The notes beneath the pieces are model-generated. The model was not told the origin of the DNA and ran no database searches. It saw only the letters and a program-made list of their open reading frames with translations. Shown in pieces: positions 56,561 to 64,000 of a stretch of 64,000 nt of DNA. The DNA comes from Rebecca billardiae RCC1528 (taxonomy: Eukaryota > Protista > Haptophyta), in NCBI GenBank assembly GCA_965240325.2, contig OZ251236.1:1116001-1180000 (forward strand), in the 5' to 3' direction. Made by a program: the position numbers and the translations under genes. How positions within the stretch are numbered: position 1 is the first letter of the stretch; each line of letters opens with the position of its first letter.

Positions 56561-59500
56561 TCTGCTTGTGGTTTGCTGCAATTGGGGCTGGGCAGCCTGG
56601 GCTCAGCATGGGGCAGCTGTTCACAGCCCAGGCGGGGCGTCACCGCCTGTGAGCCGTCGGTGGGCAGGGCCGACGGCGTCGCAGAGCTCATGCGTGGGAG
56701 CAGCGCGTCGAGGAAGCGATCAAGGTCGAGAAGGAAGGGGCAAGCAGCAGGGGCTGCCTGTACGTTTGTACATGCCTCCACACCGGTGCACATCACCCTT
56801 GCTCACTGCAGTCGTGAACAGTGCTGCCACTCATCTCATCATCGCTCACCATGCAGTGACGGCCGAGCTGCGGCGAACTCTCACAGGCACCGAACACGCA
56901 TCGGCTGTGCCCGCTGGTGCTGGTATGCGCTGTCCTCTACTTGCTGTCGGACAGCAAGGAGACGGCACAGCCGCATCTGCGAGCGGGCGAGGTGATGCTG
57001 TCCAGTGTCCTCTGCTCAGCGAGGCTGAGAGGCTGAGCACGGATCACGGATAGTGAGCCCTGGTATCTCAACGCATCCAGGAGAGCAGTTGGTGCATGCC
57101 TGTGCTCAGACGTGCAGGACCAACCATCCGGTGCTGATTCAAGCACCCGCGCCAACAGCGGCGGCACTCAACTCCACGCTGCTGATGCGGCCGCACAGCT
57201 GCAGGGATGGTACCACGGCGGGCGACGGCGGGCGCTGCAGCTGGCAGCTCGGTGGTGCCTGCCCGAGGGGCCTGGGCGCCGGGCGCACCGAGCGCGATGA
57301 CGCCTCTCGCATCGCCTAGCGCGCTGGAGCCGCTGTCATCCGATGCTGCTGTGCCCGCGCCCAGCTTGGGCTGCAGCAGCTGCGCTCGACTCCGCGCCGA
57401 GTGCGGCGGCAGCAGCGGGGATGGTGCCACCGCGGGCTGCGGCAGGCGCTGCGGCTGGCAGCTCGGTGGTGCGCGCCCGATGGGCCTGGGCGCTGGGCAC
57501 AGCGAGCGCGGTGACGCTGCTCGCCTCGCCCAGCGCGCTGGAGCCGCTGCCATCGCGCGCTGCGCTGCCCGCGCCCAGCTTGGGCTGCCGCAGCTGCACT
57601 CAACTCCTCGCCGAGTGCGGCGGCAGCAGCAGGGATGGTACCACGCGGGCGGCGGCTATCACTTTGGCTGGCAGCTCGGTGGTGCCTGCCCGAGGGGCCT
57701 GGGCGGTGGACGCACCGAGCGCGATGACGTTGCTCGCCTCGCCCAGCGCGCTGGAGCCGCTGCCATCCGGCGCTGCGGTGTCCGCGGCTCCGCGCCCCGC
57801 CGGGGCAGCTAGCTGTCACAGCTGGCAGCTGCGCTCGACTCCGCGCCAGTGGGAGGGATGATGCCTCGGCGGGTGGTGGCGGTCGATGCAGCTGGCAGCT
57901 CGGTGGTGCGCGCCCGAGGGGCGTGACCGGCCTAGGCAGCAGCAGCTGCGCTGGACTCCGCGCCGATTGTGGCTGCAGCAGCAGGGAAGGCGCCACTGGC
58001 TGCGGCGGAGGTGGATGCAGCGATCAGCTCGGTTGTGTGCGCGCGAGGGGCCTGGGCGGCAGACGCGCCCAATGCGGTGACGCCGATGCACGCGTCCGAT
58101 ATGCTGGCCAGCAGCAGCCGTTGTGACACTTCTTCCGCCGGCTGACGGCAGCAGGCGGTACCATCGGTCACATTGGTGAATTCGAATCGGGGAGAACCCG
58201 GCAGGCCTCAGCCCCGGACACTGCTGCCTGCCAATGACCTGTGAGGGCCGCAGGCCTTCCGGGGCACGGGGGCCGCTGCGGTCAGCTCTTTGAGCTAGCC
58301 CGGCGCCGGGCGCGCGAACAAGTACGGCCCGGCGTCGGTGAGGCCGAGCAAGGCGCGCCGAAGTGCCGCGGCCCAGATCTCAGCGCACGCATCATCAGTA
58401 CTACGACATCACTGCGCCGCGGATATGCATCAGATAGCGCGACTGATGATGATGATGCGCCGCGCGCTCCCCGCTGACCGGAGCCCGACTACGAGTAGCA
58501 GGCGCGCATGATCTGAGCTGAGTACGTAAGTAGCCCGTGTCATCCAGTGGCGGTGTCACACTTATGTGACTCAGGAGTCGGAGGAGTCGTTATCGTCATA
58601 TCGTCATCATCATCATGAAGACGCGCAATAAAACGGTCATCAGGCGGACCTGCGCTACCATACGCCGTCAATGTAATGCTGAGGGCGAGGCCGGCAGCGT
58701 AGTCGTAACCTACTACTACTACGTACAGAAAAAAGTATAGCGCCATCATAAGAAGAGTAGCTGCGTGTGACTCGTCACCGCGTTCTCAAAACTCCTGCGC
58801 TGCTGATCGGGACTCGGACGTACGCCGTCTTAAGCCTATATACCGGCGTGCGGTCGCAAGTCAATTCACGCGGCCCCTGCGACTCAGCGGCTCACTCACC
58901 TGGCTCATACGCAGCAACCGAGCAGTCACGGAGATCTGAGCAGCAGCTGTTAATTACCAGCCTGCTGCTGCTGCTGCCTGCGGCCGCACGCGGCGTGGAG
59001 TCGAGCGCACAGTCCGCAGCTGCCCGAACGGTTCAGCAGCATCAAATGGCAGCGGCTCGAGCGTGATAGGGGAAGCGAGGGGCGTCAGCTCGCTCGGCGC
59101 GTCCGTCGCCCAGGCCCCTTGGGCAGGCACCGTCGAGCTACCAGCTGCAGCGACTGCCGCCGCTCGCCGTGGTACAATCCCTGCTGCTGCCGCCGCACGG
59201 GTGCGGAGTCGAGCGCACCTCGTGCTGCTCCGGCTGGGCGCGGACACCGCAGCGCCGGATGGCAAACGGCTCCAGCGCGCTGGGCGAGGCGAGCAACGTC
59301 ATCGCGCTCGGTGCGTCCACCGCCCAGGCCCCTCGGGCAGGCACCACCGAGCTGCCAGCCAAAGTGATAGCCGCCGCCCGACGTGGCAACATCCCTGCTG
59401 CCACCGCACTCGGCGCGGAGTCGAGCGCAGCTGCGGCAGCCCACGCTCGACGCGGGCACAGCAGCGCCCGGTGGCAGCGGCTCCAGCGCGCTGGGCGAGG

Positions 59501-60464
59501 CGAGCAACGTCACCGCGCTCGCTGCGCCCAGCGCCCAGGCCCCTCGGGCGCGCACCACCGAGCTGCCAGCTGCAGCGCCTGCCGCAGCCCGCGGTGGCAC
59601 CATCCCCGCTGCTGCCGCCGCACTCGGCGCGGAGTCGAGCGCAGCTGCTGCAGCCCAAGCTGGGCGCGGGCACAGCAGCGTCGGATGACAGCGGCTCCAG
59701 CGCGCTGGGCGATGCGAGAGGCGTCATCGCGCTCGGTGCGCCCGGCGCCCAGGCCCATCGGGCAGGCACCACCGAGCTGCCAGCTGCAGCGCCCGCCGTC
59801 GCCCGCCGTGGTACCATCCCTGCAGCTGTGCGGCCGCATCAGCAGCGTGGAGTTGAGTGCCGCCGCTGTTGGCGCGGGTGCTTGAATCAGCACCGGATGG
59901 TTGGTCCTGCACGTCTGAGCACAGGCATGCACCAACTGCTCTCCTGGATGCGTTGAGATACCAGGGCTCACTATCCGTGATCCGTGCTCAGCCTCTCAGC
60001 CTCGCTGAGCAGAGGACACTGGACAGCATCACCTCGCCCGCTCGCAGATGCGGCTGTGCCGTCTCCTTGCTGTCCGACAGCAAGTAGAGGACAGCGCATG
60101 CCAGCACCAGCGGGCACAGCCGATGCGTGTTCGGTGCCTGTGAGAGTTCGCCGCAGCTCGGCCGTCACTGCATGGTGAGCGATGATGAGATGAGTGGCAG
60201 CACTGTTCACGACTGCAGTGAGCAAGGGTGATGTGCACCGGTGTGGAGGCATGTACAAACGTACAGGCAGCCCCTGCTGCTTGCCCCTTCCTTCTCGACC
60301 TTGATCGCTTCCTCGACGCGCTGCTCCCACGCATGAGCTCTGCGACGCCGTCGGCCCTGCCCACCGACGGCTCACAGGCGGTGACGCCCCGCCTGGGCTG
60401 TGAACAGCTGCCCCATGCTGAGCCCAGGCTGCCCAGCCCCAATTGCAGCAAACCACAAGCAGAG

Positions 60465-61884
60465 GCTCCGCCAGCGGAGCTCAGTTCAAGTTGAATACGT
60501 CCGTGAGCGCCGCCAGCGGAGGTTGAGTGTCAATATGGATAGTATTACGGTTAACGACTTCGCATTACTCCAATATGACATTCGGCGCCACCAAAGCTCC
60601 GCCAGCGGAGCTCAGCTCAAGTCAAGTCGTGGGCCAGATGTCGATAAGGACATTCGGCGCAGCCGAGGCTCCGCCAGCGGAGCTCAGTTCAAGTTGAATA
60701 GGCCCGCGAGCTCCGCCAGCGGAGGTTGAGTGTCAATATGGATATGATTACGGTAGTTAACGGCTTTGCATTACTCCAATATGACATGCGGCGCCACCAA
60801 AGCTCCGCCAGCGGAGCTCAGCTCAAGTCAAGACGTGGGCCATCGATAAGGACATTCGGCGGAGCCGAGGCTCCGCCAGCGGAGCTCAGTTCAAGTCGAA
60901 TAGGTCCGTGAGCTCCGCCAGCGGAGGTTGAGTATCAATATGGATATATGATTACGGTTGACGGCTTCGCATTACTCCAATATGATATGCGGCGCCACCA
61001 AAGCTCCGCCAGCGGAGCTCAGCTCAAGTCGAATAGGTCCGTGAGCTCCGCCAGCGGAGGTTGAGTGTCAATATGGATATGATTATGGTTAACGGCTTCA
61101 CATTATTCCCATAAATGGCATGCTGCGCCACCAAAGCTCCGCCAGCGGAGCTCAGCTCAAGTCAAGACGTCGGCCATCGATAAGGACATTCGACACAGCC
61201 GAGGCTCCGCCAGCGGAGCTCAGTTAAAGTTGAATACTAGTAGGTCCGCGAGCTCCGCCAGCGGAGGTTGAGTCTCAATATAGATATGACTACGGTTGAC
61301 GCTTCCGCGTTACTCCAATATGGCATGCGGCGCCACCAAAGCTCCGCCAGGGGAGCTCAGCTCAAGTCGAGAGTGGGTCATCGATTAAGGACATTAGGAC
61401 ATTCGGCGCAGCCGAGGCTCCACCAGTGGAGCTCAGTTCAAGTCGAATAGGCCAGTGAGCTCCGCCAGCGGAGGTTGAATGTGTGGCACAGCGCAGAGTA
61501 TGAATGCGTTGAAAGGCTTAGCATTATTTCTCCAATATGACACACGGCGCTGACCACCGACGCTCCGCCAGCGGAGCTCAGTTCAAGTCAGGTGGGTCAT
61601 CAAGAATGGCATTCGGCGCCCCCGAAGCTCCGCCAGCGGAGCTCAGTTCAAGTGCCGAGTGTATTAGTTTACAAAGGCATGGCTCATTAGCGAGCTCCAC
61701 CAGCGGAGGTGACTGCTGTTCGGTGGTTGACAGACTTCTGGTATAACTAGTTTGTTGTGTCAATCCTGCAAGCCCAGGCTCCGCCAGCGGAGCATTCCAT
61801 GCTCCGCCAGCGGGGATTTTTCGTGGCCACAAAAATCTCCGCCGGCGGAGGGTCTGGGTCTTGCCCGATGCTCCGCTGGCGGGG
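60465..61884. repeat. Mirror copy of the palindrome array (right arm, one ~200-bp unit shorter)
   Basis: Reverse complement of the left array; coordinate sums shift by ~197 bp across the array. Confidence 0.9.
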
Positions 61885-61958
61885 ATTTTTTGTAGTGACT
61901 GCCCTGTGATGTATGAGCTGAGGAAGCCGGACAAATACCAAGCAAGCAGTGCCGGACC

Positions 61959-62009
61959 TTTTTAAATTCCCCTTTATAACGGGCTCCGGGTGATCAGACT
62001 GGCGGCCGA
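61959..62009 (-). mobile_element. 51-bp 5'-truncated retroposed insertion
   Basis: 5-bp TSD GGACC (61954-61958, 62010-62014); A-tail on the minus strand; empty site at 53394-53398. Confidence 0.8.
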
Positions 62010-62790
62010 GGACCGCCCCGGCCGGCGGTGCGGAAGCACTGCGCAGGCGGGTGGCGGGTCTACGATGCTTCGCCCTCGCCAAGGCGCGCGCTTCTTGCGG
62101 CCGCAGATCTCCCAGTGGATGCGGCGCGTGGTCGGTGCCAAGGCGCATGCGGAATAGTGTGTGCCCCTCGTACCTGAACCTCACCCCGGCTGCTCGCCGG
62201 ACCCAGCGCCATGACCGCTGCGCGCACCGCGTGCGCGTGCGGCTCGTAGTCGCGGCCACGCTTCGTCTGCAAACCGCGGGCGGTCAGAAGGATGCAGCAG
62301 CTTCGGGAGGTGCCGCATCGGAGTGCCTGCTGCTTCGAGCTGCTGGTTCTTGCTTCTCCCACCACCTGCGAGCACTCCCACCACCTGCGCGCTTGCTTCT
62401 CCCACCACCTGCGCGCTTGCGTCTGCTTGCTTGGCTCCCACCACCTGCGCGCTTGTTTGTTTCTTGCGTGCAGCAGTACCATACCATGCACGCAGCAGTA
62501 CCATACCATGCGCACAGCAGTGCCATACCATGCGCGCAGCAGTACCGCCAGTACCATACCAACATGCGTGCAGCAGTACCATACTGTACCATGCACGTGG
62601 CAGTACCATACCATGCGCGCAGCAGTACTTACCATACTGCTACCATGCGCGCAGCAGTACCATACCATCATGCGTGCAGCAGTACCATACCATACGACCA
62701 TGTGAGTGCCATACCACGCGCCCAGCAGTACCATACCATGCGCGCAGCAGTACCGCCAGTACTCTGTCACTACCATCATGCGTGCAGCAG
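62010..62790 (+). repeat. Diverged duplicate of 53394-~54300
   Basis: Shared GCCCCGGCCGGCGGTGCGGAAGCAC... block, followed by the same minisatellite. Confidence 0.85.
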
Positions 62791-63266
62791 TATTGATGAT
62801 AATGAAGTCGTGGTGGCCTGTGTGGCGCGCGGCGCTGACGGTCACGGAGCGGCCAGCGGGGCGAGCCCTGCATTCCGGTAGGACCGGGGTGAATGCAGCA
62901 TTGCCGGGTGCAACCCGGCAATGCCCGCCTGAATGGTATGCATATATTCGATCGTCCACTTGGCATCACTTTGCATGCATGATGAATTAACTCCACGACG
63001 CTACTTTATTACTCGCTGCTCTCAGCCAGTCGCTCTGACCGAATAATGGTCTCTGAGGCTCTGACTATTAATAACTTAGTATTTGAGCATTGATGACTAA
63101 CTACTTTAGCTGTTAGCAGTAGCACGCACAGATTATCGGACGACTCGCGAGACGGCTCCGTACTATACTACTCAGCGCATAATATATATATTTAAGAGCT
63201 CATCTATATATATATGCGCTACACAAATAATGACGACGTCATCGGTAATGACAAGGCCATCAAGAC

Positions 63267-64000
63267 TCACGAGCCGAGGGACTCGCCAGTGCTGCGGCTC
63301 GCGCTCGCCGCGCCTGAGGAAGCCACTGCGCGGCTGTCTCCGCGCTGCGCGGCCCCGCGCGCACCGGGGCGCTCGTCGGCGTCGTCGGCGCCATCGGCGC
63401 CGTCGGCGTCGTCGGGCCCGCCGCCGTGCGCCAGCGTGCCGGGCAGCACGCACCGCCCGCCCAGCCGCGGCACGCCGCAGCCGTCGCAGATCTCATCGAG
63501 GGCGGCCTTGAGCGCCGGGCTGTCGACGGCCGGCAGCCGGAAGCGGCCGAGCCGCTTGCGCGAGAAGAGCGACGCGCCGTGCGCGTCCGCGGCGGAGGCG
63601 GCGGCGGGCATCACCGCGTCGAGGTGCTGCGCGAGGCCGAGCCAGCCCAGCACCTCCTGGCAGAAGCGCTCCGGATCTGCCTGCAGGTCCTCCAGACGGC
63701 AGCCGGCGATCGGCACGCCCGCCTCGCGCGCGCGCACGTATGAGCGACACAGCACGGCCCACAGCAGGCAGTACTTGGCGAAGAGGGGCAGCGCGGCGAA
63801 GTACGGCTCGCTGCGCGCCCAGTCGAGCGCGGGGTCGTCGCTCAGCACGATCAGCGCCGTGTGCGCCGCCGCGCTCGCCGGGAGGAGCCTGCGCAGTGCC
63901 GGCCACTGCAGCAGCGGATGGCGCAGCAAGTGTGCGGGCTCTGAGGAGAACGCGCGCGTCATCGACTGCACGGTGGGCAGGCCGTCGCGGTACAGGAAGA
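63267..64000 (-). CDS. Partial gene (3' end), possibly sulfotransferase-like
   Basis: Open to the window edge with coding-like codon use. RLEDLQADPERFCQEVLGWLGL resembles the sulfotransferase C-terminal xEDLxxDP motif. Confidence 0.5.
   Translation of the reverse strand, partial: FLYRDGLPTVQSMTRAFSSEPAHLLRHPLLQWPALRRLLPASAAAHTALIVLSDDPALDWARSEPYFAALPLFAKYCLLWAVLCRSYVRAREAGVPIAGCRLEDLQADPERFCQEVLGWLGLAQHLDAVMPAAASAADAHGASLFSRKRLGRFRLPAVDSPALKAALDEICDGCGVPRLGGRCVLPGTLAHGGGPDDADGADGADDADERPGARGAAQRGDSRAVASSGAASASRSTGESLGS

Larger units (their letters stand above)
54920..61906. mobile_element. ~7-kb giant foldback (Galileo/P-like) element with ~2.7-2.9-kb modular inverted arms
   Basis: Ends CAGAAGAGTCACTACAAAAA and TTTTTGTAGTGACTGCCCTG; 7-bp TSD TGATGTA (54913-54919, 61907-61913). 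The empty site GACTGATGATGTATGAGC is present in the 160-bp repeats. Confidence 0.85.

Noticed and set aside
54942-61884. CRISPR array
   Set aside because: Spacers fall into three recurring classes rather than being unique, the array is mirrored inside transposon arms, there are no cas genes, and the context is eukaryotic.
54929-61897. CACTA/EnSpm element starting at CACTACAAAAA
   Set aside because: The flanking triplets AGT/ACT are inverted, not direct. The inverted repeat extends 9 bp further, to a 7-bp TSD confirmed by empty sites.

Overview
Eukaryotic, extremely GC-rich DNA with short CG-rich spliceosomal introns. The style suggests a haptophyte alga such as Pavlovales/Diacronema (inference only). 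Most of the ORF track is antisense or GC noise. Supportable genes: an XopQ/HopQ1-like nucleoside-hydrolase-fold protein fused to a multi-pass membrane region; a PAS-domain putative transcription factor; a theta-like GST; an RRM protein; a long coiled-coil protein; an ATMIN/WIP-like C2H2 zinc finger; a plant-type LRR receptor-like protein; an LCAT/PLA2G15-family lipase; an intronless DUF4062-NACHT-WD40 (NWD) STAND protein; and a partial sulfotransferase-like gene. The most striking feature is an RI/NLRC3-type LRR gene built as a tandem array of ~437-bp cassettes. Each cassette is one 84-nt phase-2/2 exon plus a near-identical ~350-nt intron, with variation concentrated at the LxxLxLxxN surface residues. 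The array lies head-to-head with the NWD gene, inside a 7.2-kb block bounded by 47-bp direct repeats. The window also holds non-autonomous DNA transposons with readable ends: a MULE-like element (9-bp TSD), three types of P/Galileo-like foldback element (7-bp TSD, one of 7 kb with palindromic higher-order repeats), a Tc1/mariner MITE and a 51-bp retroposed insert. A ~9.1-kb block is duplicated, apparently identically, on either side of a 200-N gap, and may be an assembly or concatenation artefact.
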